The notes under the pieces are model-generated. The model was not told where the DNA came from and ran no database searches. It saw nothing but the letters and a program-made list of their open reading frames with translations. A stretch of DNA of 46,145 bases from Macrostomum lignano (lineage: Eukaryota): positions 1-46,145 of the forward strand of contig NIVC01001080.1 in assembly GCA_002269645.1 (NCBI GenBank), read 5' to 3'. The stretch's first letter is position 1, and each line of letters begins with the position of its first letter. Positions 1-10,589 of this stretch are shown here, piece after piece. The position numbers were made by a program, and so were the translations under genes.

Positions 1-325
1 AGTTGTGTGTACTGGCTCTCCACGTTTAACTTTCCTACGGCATTCACTACAAGCCTTTAGCTTCAATTTATTACATTTTTATTACAAGCGCAAAAACCTT
101 GTCTATAACGCTATCGTTTTGTAGGTCTTTGATAAAATGTCTTCTGGTCTTATTACAGATGATAGTAAGGAACTAGAAAAGTTGAGGTGGAGCTCAGAAC
201 CTCAAAAAGCTACATGTAGTCTAATTTTTTACGGACCAATCAGTGCAACCCAATTGCAATGCTCCCGTTTATAAACCAATGCCTCAGCTCAAGACAAAAA
301 AATCTCTCCAAGTGAACACCTTGTC

Positions 326-853
326 ATGGACAAACTAGGCAACAACCTGACGTCAACCGGCGGAGATGAGGCGGTCCAGGTGTTCAGCCAGACTCTTATT
401 TCTGCTTTGGAAATCTGCTGGACTGGCGGGGACTCCGCTTCCCGCCGCCTCCTGTGCGCTCTGGCCTCAGTACTCGGCATTCTTTCGGGCATCCGACACT
501 CGTTGTCGTGCTGATTGGAGCGCCCGGCAACGCCCTGTCTGCCTGGCTGCTGCTCCGTCGAGCTCGCGCCAAGGAGCGCCGGACGCGCCAGAGCGTCTAC
601 CTGGGCGCCGCGTCGGCCGCGAACTGCGGCGCGGTGCTGAGCTACGGGCTGCTACAGTTCTTCCTGCCCTACGGCCTGCCGTGGCTCAGCGGCGGCTCAG
701 CCGGTCTGATTATCGGCGACGTGTCCGATGCTGCCTGTCGGACAGTCAGCTTCCTGATGGCCTGGCTGATCCTGCTGGCATATGGGCTGCTCACCGCAAT
801 GGCGTGCGACAGAGCGTTGGCCATGTGGCGCCCGTTCCGCAGTCAGCGGCTCG
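326..853 (+). CDS. Rhodopsin-like (class A) orphan GPCR, paralogue A, exon 1 (N-terminus, TM1-TM3); 1-bp frameshift at 493-494
   Basis: ATG326 MDKLGNNLTS (N-glycosylation sequon) runs to ...LGILSGI, then one C is missing relative to paralogue B, then PTLVVVLIGAPGN (TM1 GN motif) ... ACRTV (TM3 Cys) ... MACDRALA (DRY-like). Donor G|GTAATG at 853/854, phase 1. Confidence 0.8.
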
Positions 854-929
854 GTAATGACGCTTGGGAAACTGCTCCAGCTGAGCTATGTGGTTCTTTA
901 GAATGGGTTGCTCGGGATAAGTGCTGTGT

Positions 930-1264
930 ACTTGGTTCTAAATGAGTTTAATTGGTCCTTCATGCTGTTTACCTGGTCCTTCATGTTGTTTACTTGGTCC
1001 TTCATGTTGTTTACTTGGCTCTACATGAGTTTACTTGGTTCTACATGAGTTTATTTGGTTCTACATGAGTTTACTTGGCTCTACATGAGTTTACTTGGTC
1101 TTTCATGTTGTTTACTTGGCTCTACATGAGTTTACTTGGTCTTTCATGTTGTTTACTTGGTCCTTCATGTTGTTTACTTGGCTCTACATGAGTTTACTTG
1201 GCTCTACATGAGTTTACTTGGCTCTATATGAGTTTACTTGGTTCTAAATGAGTTTACTTGGTCC
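930..1264. repeat. 20-21 bp minisatellite (TTTACTTGGCTCTACATGAG / TTTACTTGGTCCTTCATGTTG) in the GPCR A intron
   Basis: About 16 interspersed variant units read directly. Confidence 0.9.
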
Positions 1265-2101
1265 TATTGTTTGACAACTCAGCCATTGGGTTATGAAGTT
1301 ATGAAGCTTGCGTGATGTGTCAGGGACTTAAGCAAACGTTTGAGCAAACGGAAACAGCTCATTCAAATTCTTTTTTGGCGGAGGGCTGGAATCGATTGAG
1401 ACTGTCAGAACTGTCAGACTGTCAGAATGTCAAACATGGGTAAAAAGGCGCTTTTGATTCTCTTTCAACTGAATCTGTCCACTACAGAAACTTTATGCAT
1501 TCAAACTGCAGACTATAAATTAATTTCAAAGGCTGCCGTCACTGTTAATCAGTTTACAGCTGTTCCATCGAAATCAAATCCTCGGAGACATACTGTATAT
1601 GTGATTGAATACAATGATTCGAGAGAATACAGTCATCAGGTTCCGCCGTCATTATTGGACTTTAGTTGTCCATGGTTCCAGTCCAGTTTTAGGTCTTTTT
1701 TCCTGAGGCGTTTGAACTTTAACTGTATACTGTGAAAGCTACCATCGAATTTTATGCGTCTACAAATCCGTATATTGGAGAGTTTCAGAGCACCTACGCA
1801 GACAATATGTTGGTTCGGGAAGTTGTTATGCAGGAAGTTTTTGATCTGCAAACAGACTTTATTGGCTTCGGCATCATTTTACAGAAAAACGGTCTAAAAT
1901 GTAAATTATGTTTTCATTTTTACGAAAATTGACTGTCAGACATTTGACTGTCACAATTTGGCTGCACAAGTTCAAAATTAGTCAAAACATCGGCAGTCAA
2001 ATAGCTGATAAAGATGTATCCCTTGTTTCTGGAGTTCCTTTTGAAGAATAAAAAATCAGAAAATGCCGCTTAAAAAGTGTCATTGAATGCTCACCTACCA
2101 G

Positions 2102-2723
2102 GTCGCGGATCGGCCATCCAAGTGAGCTCGTTGATCTCCCTGGCAACCGGAATCGTGGCCAGCTACGCCCTCGCTGTGACTCGCTGGACCAGTAGCAAGG
2201 CGACATCCTGCTCAAAGAATCCGTTCGAATCAGCTGTCCCAGCCGGCTTCAATGTCTTCTATGGCATCTGGCTCGGCTTCCACCGGCGCTGCTGGTGCTG
2301 AGCATATTGGCCGCCAACGCCACCCTCCTGGCTCGAGTAGTGCGGGTTCGCCGGATTCGCCAGCAGCTGGTGGCCACAAATCGGCCGGGTCAACAGAGTC
2401 AGGCGCGTTGCCGAGTCAGGATGCTGGGCGACAGCAGCATCCGGAGCAGCATGCTCTGTCTGGCCGTCTCTAGTGCCTCGCTGGCCACATCGCTACCGTG
2501 CGTCGCTATGACAACGCTGGCCTACTCACTCAGCCTGTGGCCCAGCGCGGACCCGACTCTGCTGCCTGCCGTTCTGCTGCTCTGCCACATCAGCGAGCTG
2601 CTGGTTGTGTTCCAGCTGTCAATCAGCTGGATGCTGCTGGCCTGGCGAAGCTCCGAGTTCAGCCGTCGGCTGCTTCGATGCCTGAAATGCCAGGTGCCAG
2701 CCGGAGCCGGAGCTAGTGCTTAG
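2102..2723 (+). CDS. GPCR paralogue A, exon 2 (TM4-TM7, C-tail); 1-bp frameshift at 2280-2281
   Basis: Acceptor CCTACCAG|GT at 2101/2102 matches phase 1 (G|GT = Gly). Aligns to paralogue B exon 2 (TRW, GF/YPP, ANxxLL, LSISWLLLAWRS.EF) once one C is restored at TTCC(C)ACCG. Stop TAG 2721-2723. Either a pseudogene or an assembly error. Confidence 0.8.
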
Positions 2724-2999
2724 AGCGTCGGACTCATAAATGAAAGGTCGGAGGTTCGATTCTAAACCCATATGAACAATCTGTGTCCTGAAGCATTGAT
2801 TCAGTTCACCCAGCTGTAAAGTGGGTGCCAGCATTAGCTGGGATAATTGAGGGTGTGTGTGGCGAACCCCCCCCCCAGTGCTTGGACTGAACAGCCGTAT
2901 GCAGCCTTCAGATGAGCCCGCGCGAAATAGCTGCGGCTGAGCTGTCGGTTGCACATCTGCCCGTTAAGGCAGGTGTAATCAATTATTATATTATTATTG
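2711..2999 (+). mobile_element. tRNA-derived SINE, family 1, copy A
   Basis: A-box-like CTAGTG..TTAGAGCG, B-box GGTTCGATTC, body CAGTTCACCCAGCTGTAAA.TGGG, (ATT)n tail. Homologous along its length to copies at 37.3, 40.7 and 44.0 kb. Confidence 0.9.
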
Positions 3000-4319
3000 A
3001 AAAGTGAGAAAAGCCCATGAAGAACAGTTTATACTGCTTAATACAGTTGGATGAGCAAATAAACAAAACCTTTTTAAAGAGCCCGCGTGAAACTAACTTT
3101 CTGCTGCCCATTAGCGCAACGTATTCAAACATCTTAGTCTCAAACTATCCTATGCGTTCGATATAGCTGGTCGATAGTTCGTACGCAATGCACAGTCTAA
3201 TGTACAGCCAACTCTAATTCGTATCTCGTATAGAAAAAATCGTCCTCGACTGGAAAGGATTGTGGATAGTCTATGGCCAGCCCTGCTGACCACGCCGAAT
3301 AAGAACGGATTTTATTAACTTCAGCGATCAATTTAAGAGTGATCAAATTCTTTCAAGTTAATGAATTAATGGATAAATGATTCACAGTAAAATGAAAATT
3401 GGCGACTACTGATAGCTAAAGTTTATTGTAGCAATTAAAATACTACAAATACTACAATTTTTCGTCACAGAAGAAACTTATGAAGCTTACTAAATAAACA
3501 AATAACATTGAGAGCGTCAGTCAGAAAATATTCAATTGTAAGTTTATGAAATATATGTTTCACTTTCCTCCAAGAAAAGACGACGAACACGCGAGATTCA
3601 AAAGCTTAAAAAGTAAGCGTCGGGAAAAGTACATTATTCTTATTATTTACGCAAAAGATAACTTGACGGCATACACTAGTATAGAAATGAAATCATAAAT
3701 TTGACTATACTACTCTCAAAAGAAGTAGTATTAACCGTTTTGAACTTTCCACCTAATTGGTTTATTTATTGAAACAGGCACACCGAGTAAGCAGGACCTT
3801 CTTATTGCCTTCGTCACTGTACGATCTTACCATCACTATTGTTGTACACTATGAATGAGAGAGTTTTTGAGTATCTACAACTGGCAGACGGACACACTAT
3901 GCTAGATTAGAGCAAACCAGCTCTTGACTTCTACCAGCTATAGAACTATCGACTTCAGTTTTCAATTAAGGATTAGAAACAAGTTCCATAGTAATGTGCT
4001 TTTCTTGCATTCCCTCACTTTCCCCACGCCTTCGCGACCCCACTGAGGGCTGCTACTGTTGGTTTAGCAACCAGGTGTCTACCTAGTCTCCCGGATAACG
4101 CGTTTTTATAGTCTTTCAATACAATATTATCTGCAGTAATGTACTACGTAGACTACGTAGTTACTACGTTCGCACTTTAGGCGACTATTGTCGCACAACC
4201 GGTGAGAGGCATTACTGACCATTCCGCCGACTCCCCTGAGCAGGCACACAAGCGCGCGGATACGTACGCAGTCATACGCACAGGCACACCCTCACACAGG
4301 AGTGTACAGCGGCCCTAAC

Positions 4320-4495
4320 TTTATTTATCGTTAGGCATGTACACCTCACTGTGCCTTGGGGTCGGCCCTCAAGGGCGTTAATTGAATGAGCAGAGCCAAG
4401 CCGAGGTTTCAATTTAGCCCCAAATTAATGTGACTGCACTGGGAATCGAGCCTGGGCTCCTGGCACATCAGATCGCACCACTGGGCTGTGGCCCT
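4320..4495 (-). mobile_element. Probable tRNA-derived SINE of a second family
   Basis: Minus strand begins GGCCACAGCCCAGTGG (A-box-like) and has GGCTCGATTCC (B-box), ending in an A-rich AACGATAAATAAAG. Single copy in the window. Confidence 0.4.
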
Positions 4496-4607
4496 CCCTC
4501 AGGTTAGGTTGGGTATCAAGCTCTCCACTCCAACTCAGTCTCAGGCGTCAAGCAAGCTACCTAAAATACATGTATGCAAAATTTATCAACCTGCTGCTCA
4601 TAGCAAG

Positions 4608-5259
4608 AGTATTGGTTTTGTCAGCCTAACTGAGAATAAAGCCATCCAAAGTGAGAATCCTGCCTACGCTAACTGCGAAGGGCCTGGCTGCGTGCAGCCT
4701 TAGTCTATGGGCCATAGACTATAAAGGACAAGCAAAGTGATAAAAAGCCATCCAATGTGAGAATCGATTGGTCTATGCGTCGTATTCTTTTATTTTTATA
4801 CCTTCTGAGCCATATGACTAGCCAATAGCTTGAACGGAATAACGGAAACAGGAACACACTGGATGATACAGTACAGTAAAGTAAAGAGTTAAAATAGCCG
4901 TCCCTCAATGCACTGCCCAAAGAGTCGTCTGCAATGCAGGTCCCATGCGGCAGCCTTCCCAGCAGTGACTGTGTCGTCAATCGCTTCGCGCGCCTCCCTC
5001 TCTAACAGCATGTTCCTGTTTCCGTTATTCCGTTCAAGCTATTGGCTAGTCATATGGCTCAGAAGGTATAAAAATAAAAGAATACGACGCATAGACCAAT
5101 CGATTCTCACATTGGATGGCTTTTTATCACTTTGCTTGTCCTTTATAGTCTATGGCCCATAGACTAAGGCTGCACGCAGCCAGGCCCTTCGCAGTCAGCG
5201 TAGGCAGGATTCTCACTTTGGATGGCTTTATTCTCAGTTAGGCTGACAAAAGCAATACT
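4608..5259. mobile_element. Foldback/MITE-like element: 249-bp inverted repeats (4608-4856 and 5011-5259) with a 154-bp spacer
   Basis: Arms are reverse complements with two mismatches seen. Each arm contains TAGTCTATGG-N-CCATAGACTA and a repeated AAAGCCATCCAA.GTGAGAATC motif. No clear TSD found. Confidence 0.75.
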
Positions 5260-5610
5260 ACAAAAGTGTAATATACTCAAGTGAAGCCATCAAGGCATGT
5301 ATATAATTCTGTTGTAGCACAGCACGACTTAAGGGATTATTGTACAGTGAAAGTGACGTTGTGCGCAAAAAACCGATGCATAGCTAAGGCCGGCTAGTCA
5401 ACCCTACAAGTCAACCTCACTACCAACCAATCCGAACCTCAAGACGAGTTCCAGCGAATCACAGAGCGACGGCTAACTCTGAAAGGGAACAAGGCCAAAT
5501 GAACTCAAGCTTGTAAACATATCAACGTTTGAAGGCTGCGTAAATGAGTATAGTATGGGAGAAGGCTGGGGCAGAAGCGCTATACTACCGTCCAACAGAC
5601 CAATCTGCTA

Positions 5611-6275
5611 TCAATCTAGCGACTTCTCCACAGCTGAGTTTCTTGTCGCTGTATCACCACCGCCACTTCCTCCGCTGCTGACGGAGACGTCCTGACCACG
5701 GCGATGCAGCAAACAGGCCGTCAAATCTCGTTGGAACTCCCGACTGCGCCAGGCCAGCAGCAGCCAGCTGATTGACAGGTCGAAGACAATGAGCAGCTCG
5801 GTGATGTGGCACACCATGATTACAGTTTCAAGCAGGGCGAGGTTCGACTCGGGGCTGACAGTGTACGTCATGACTGCGGTGGTCAGACAGGGCGCCGAGC
5901 TGATCAAGAGGGCGCAGGACATCGCTAGACAGACGGTGCAGCTGCGAACGGCGCTGTCAGCTGCTCCAGCCGCTGCAGCCTTGACCTGCGCCTGCATCAG
6001 CTCCTGTCGGCGTCGGCGGATGCGCACTACTCGAACCAGGAGGGCAGAGTTCGCCACCAGCATGGCCAGTATGAGTAGCACTGGCGGGTAGCCAAGCCCG
6101 ATGTCGTAGAGGATGTTGAAACTGCTCATCCCGGAGTCTGAGCTAGCGTACTTGGCGCAGGACATCGACCCAGTGACCGGGTTGGCGATCCAACGGGTCG
6201 CGGCGAACAGATAAGCGGCCGTGGCAACGGTTGCTAGGCAGACCAGCCCGCAGACTTTGTAGGCCACGCTGCTGT
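5611..6275 (-). CDS. Rhodopsin-like orphan GPCR, paralogue B, exon 2 (TM4-TM7, C-tail)
   Basis: Acceptor ATATTCAG|AC at 6276/6275 gives G|AC = Asp with exon 1 (phase 1). Open frame with four hydrophobic segments, an ECL2 Cys (SCAKY) and a basic ICL3 (RVVRIRRRR). TGA at 5613-5611. Confidence 0.88.
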
Positions 6276-6610
6276 CTGAATATGGGGTGCGAGGATCGAA
6301 TTAGTGGAACCCGACCCACCCGTATTACTGCTTGACGTATGCATAACATACCCATTTGACTAAATGTTCAACCTGGAAGACAGAATACAAAACCAGATCA
6401 CCAAGTGTTTAGCATGAAGGCCAAAGGTCAAGCCAAAAGATGATTAGAAGTTATTAGGGCCGCTGTCAACCCTGTGTGAGCGTGTGTATGAGTGCGTGCC
6501 TGAGTACAGTATTGGCGCGCTTGTAAGTGCTCAGGAGTCAGCGGAATGGGCGGATGCTGGCGCCCGCAGCCCTCCTACATGATGCCCGAAAGATTCCCAT
6601 GCGTCATTAC

Positions 6611-7205
6611 CGAGCCGCTGACTGCGGAACGGACGCCACATGGCCAACGCTCTGTCGCACGCCATTGCGGTGAGCAGCCCATATGCCAGCAGGATCAGCC
6701 AGGCCATCAGGAAGCTGACTGTCCGACAGGCAGCATCGGACACGTCGCCGATAATCAGACCGGCTGAGCCGCCGCTGAGCCACGGCAGGCCGTAGGGCAG
6801 GAAGAACTGCAGCAGCCCGTAGCTCAGCACCGCGCCGCAGTTCGCGGCCGACGCGGCGCCCAGGTAGACGCTCTGGCGCGTCCGGCGCTCCTTGGCGCGA
6901 GCTCGACGGAGCAGCAGCCAGGCAGACAGGGCGTTGCCGGGCGCTCCAATCAGCACGACAACGAGCGTCGGGATGCCCGAAAGAATGCCGAGTACTGAGG
7001 CCAGAGCGCACAGGAGGCGATTCCAGTCGGCGTTATCTGGAGTGCCGCAATGGCTGTGAATGTTAAACAAATTCCGGCCATTTTCATTGACTAGCGTTGA
7101 GTTTCCTCTGGCCCTAGCAACTGTAGCTAGAGCTGTCAGACGGTGAATCGAAAACGCGGAATTTTTCGTCAGTTCGAACAGAAATTTGGCGCTTTGCAGG
7201 CTCAT
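6611..7205 (-). CDS. GPCR paralogue B, exon 1 (TM1-TM3); start uncertain
   Basis: GIPTLVVVLIGAPGN...MACDRALA in an intact frame; donor G|GTAATG at 6611/6610. Candidate ATG at 7205 (the extension includes the sequon NST). Alternatively an upstream exon could splice to TTCACAG near 7052. Confidence 0.8.
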
Positions 7206-7600
7206 ATGCGTTGCTAACTGGACCAAAGTTTTTTTCAACTGAAGTTCTTGAATTTTTTACGGGTTAATGAGATATTTTATAAAAAAACACGTTGAAGCAG
7301 TGTTTCACTTCAAGTAAGTAATTGGGAAAATATTTATTGCGCATGGCTGGCACAGGCATGTATGGGATAGTGACACCTGCAGTTGACAGCTTTCACATGG
7401 AGCTATTCTTAAACTTTGTCAGTTGATAACGAACTTGGTTTAACCCTGACTTAGGGCGACAAATTGGTAAAAATTTACCCAAGGACAACCCAAAAAGTCG
7501 GGCTCTTAGCGTTCGATTCTTTGCTAACATCACTACTCAGAGTACGACGTAAAAAGACCCTGAAAGAATAAAAGAGTGTACAAGATGGATTCATTTTTCA

Positions 7601-9389
7601 AAGATAGTGTCCCATTCCTGAAGATGGTGTCTCATTCCTGAAGATGGTGTCTCATTCCTGAAGATGGTGTCTCATTCCTGAAGATGGTCTCCTATTCCTG
7701 AAGATGGTGTCTCATTCCTGAAGATGGTGTCTCATTCCTGAAGATGGTGTCTCATTACTGAAGATGGTGTCTCATTCCTGAAGATGGTCTCCTATTCCTG
7801 ATGATGGTGTCTCATTCCTGAAGATGGTCTCCTATTCCTGAAGATGGTGTCTCATTCCTGAAGATGGTCTCCTATTCCTGAAGATGGTGTCTCATTACTG
7901 AAGATGGTGTCTCATTCCTGAAGATGGTGTCTCATTCCTGAAGATGGTGTCTCATTCCTGAAGATGGTGTCTCATTCCTGAAGATGGTCTCCTATTTCTG
8001 AAGATGGTGTCTCATTCCTGAAGATGGTCTCCTATTCCTGATGATGGTGTCTCATTCCTGAAGATGGTCTCCTATTCCTGAAGATGGTGTCTCATTCCTG
8101 AAGATGGTCTCCTATTCCTGAAGATGGTGTCTCATTACTGAAGATGGTGTCTCATTCCTGAAGATGGTGTCTCATTCCTGAAGATGGTGTCTCATTCCTG
8201 AAGATGGTGTCTCATTCCTGAAGATGGTCTCCTATTTCTGAAGATGGTGTCTCATTCCTGAAGATGGTGTCTCATTCCTGAAGATGGTGTCTCATTCCTG
8301 ATGATGGTGTCTCATTCCTGAAGATGGTGTCTCATTCCTGAAGATGGTCTCCTATTCCTGAAGATGGTGTCTCATTCCTGAAGATGGTGTCTCATTCCTG
8401 AAGATGGTGTCTCATTACTGAAGATGGTGTCTCATTCCTGAAGATGGTGTCTCATTCCTGAAGATGGTCTCCTATTCCTGAAGATGGTGTCTCATTCCTG
8501 AAGATGGTGTCTCATTCCTGAAGATGGTCTCCTATTCCTGAAGATGGTGTCTCATTCCTGAAGATGGTCTCCTATTCCTGAAGATGGTGTCTCATTCCTG
8601 AAGATGGTCTCCTATTCCTGAAGATGGTGTCTCATTCCTGAAGATGGTGTCTCATTACTGAAGATGGTGTCTCATTCCTGAAGATGGTCTCCTATTCCTG
8701 ATGATGGTGTCTCATTCCTGAAGATGGTCTCCTATTCCTGAAGATGGTGTCTCATTCCTGAAGATGGTCTCCTATTCCTGATGATGGTGTCTCATTCCTG
8801 AAGATGGTCTCCTATTCCTGAAGATGGTGTCTCATTCCTGAAGATGGTCTCCTATTCCTGAAGATGGTGTCTCATTACTGAAGATGGTGTCTCATTCCTG
8901 AAGATGGTCTCCTATTCCTGATGATGGTGTCTCATTCCTGAAGATGGTGTCTCATTCCTGAAGATGGTGTCTCATTCCTGAAGATGGTGTCTCATTCCTG
9001 AAGATGGTGTCTCATTCCTGAAGATGGTGTCTCATTCCTGAAGATGGTGTCTCATTCCTGAAGATGGTGTCTCATTCCTGAAGATGGTCTCCTATTACTG
9101 AAGATGGTGTCTCATTCCTGAAGATGGTCTCCTATTCCTGATGATGGTGTCTCATTCCTGAAGATGGTGTCTCATTCCTGAAGATGGTGTCTCATTCCTG
9201 AAGATGGTGTCTCATTCCTGAAGATGGTGTCTCATTCCTGAAGATGGTCTCCTATTCCTGATGATGGTGTCTCATTCCTGAAGATGGTGTCTCATTCCTG
9301 AAGATGGTGTCTCATTCCTGAAGATGGTGTCTCATTCCTGAAGATGGTGTCTCATTACTGAAGATGGTGTCTCATTCCTGAAGATGGTG
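7601..9389. repeat. 20-bp minisatellite (AAGATGGTGTCTCATTCCTG), about 89 units
   Basis: Constant 20-bp period with recurring variants (GGTCTCCTATT, CATTACTG, ATGATGG). Confidence 0.98.
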
Positions 9390-9815
9390 CTGTAGTTACA
9401 GATGCAGTTACAGATTGCAGATGCGGTTACATTCTGAAGATAACCCTGTAATGCCTTTAATTTAATGATGCTGAAAAATGTGCTCTATAAAAATCCTTAG
9501 AACATATTTGCTACTGTATTTAAACTAAATCAGGCGATTAATTAGCCAATAATTTTGATTCTGCAAAAGCTCGTTTACTGTGAGGCTTGCAGATGACATA
9601 TATAGAGAGAGATTTCGAGAGAAAAAGCGAGGCACAAAAACAGTACAGCAGATCGACTGATCATTGCAGCGAGATTATCCGCTTAGTGTACTGGATTTCA
9701 GACACAGAAGAGGAGAGAATCGCCCACTCTCCTCACGGCGAGGCCCAGCTAGAAAAATGCCTTACTACAGGCGATTTTTTCAACTATCTGCCCGTTGCCT
9801 CAAAGTGCTATGGGA

Positions 9816-9818
<3 letters not shown>

Positions 9819-9860
<42 letters not shown>
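9819..9860. repeat. (GA)n microsatellite
   Basis: Direct read. Confidence 0.95.
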
Positions 9861-9863
<3 letters not shown>

Positions 9864-10320
9864 CGATAGAGGGTAGGCTGCTTGGGTAGGAAATTACGGG
9901 GAAACGAACGATTTTTGGGGACCAGAAACGGAGCTGGAGAGCGAGAAGCGGTGAAGGCTGAGGTACTCGCGTCCCAGCAGAACTGGTGAGAAAGTACAGG
10001 AGTGCAGCATCAGACACTTGCGATGGGGTTTGCGCGCCTGGCCAGTATTTTCTGCCTTGGATTGGCATTGATTGGCTGGGCGTGGACGTACTGGAGGCGT
10101 CAGGCAGAGGGCAGAGGGGCAGAGGGCAGAGGGTGAAGCCAGGAGATGCACATGCGGCCAACTCCCCAGAATTATTGAAATTGTCCAACTCTCTTAGAGC
10201 TGCATGGGGAAAGACACTGAGAGAGAATTTCTAATGATGATCTGGGATTTATCAGTATTTCATTGCTTTGTATTTTGGTAGTTTAGGTAGAAAATGCCTG
10301 CGTTTAATATTCACGCCGAG

Positions 10321-10387
10321 ATGAATTCATCTGGATTCAAGATCGTGATGACGCTGTTCGTGTTGCTTCACACGGCCTCCTGTCAAG
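10321..10387 (+). CDS. Quiver/Sleepless-like Ly6/uPAR protein, exon 1 (signal peptide)
   Basis: MNSSGFKIVMTLFVLLHTASCQ hydrophobic leader; donor CAAG|GTGAGA at 10387/10388, phase 1, matching exon 2. An alternative in-frame ATG lies at 10294. Confidence 0.75.
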
Positions 10388-10589
10388 GTGAGATAGCAAC
10401 TTACACTACATGTCTGCAGTTTCTATATTCTCTAATTATGAATATGACTAAAAACGTGCAGATGTGTCAAGCCTCTTGGGTGTAGGGGTTCGCAATGTCT
10501 GTTGGTCGGGAAAATTCGAATTACAGCCAGTGGACTCTGACGCAGCCAGAAGGGAGTGTCAATAGTCTCAGGAATTAGTTAGCCTTGGT

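Noticed and set aside
7601-9389. CRISPR-like appearance of regular repeats (also other arrays)
   Set aside because: Units are head-to-tail with no unique spacers, there are no cas genes, and the DNA is intron-containing eukaryotic sequence.
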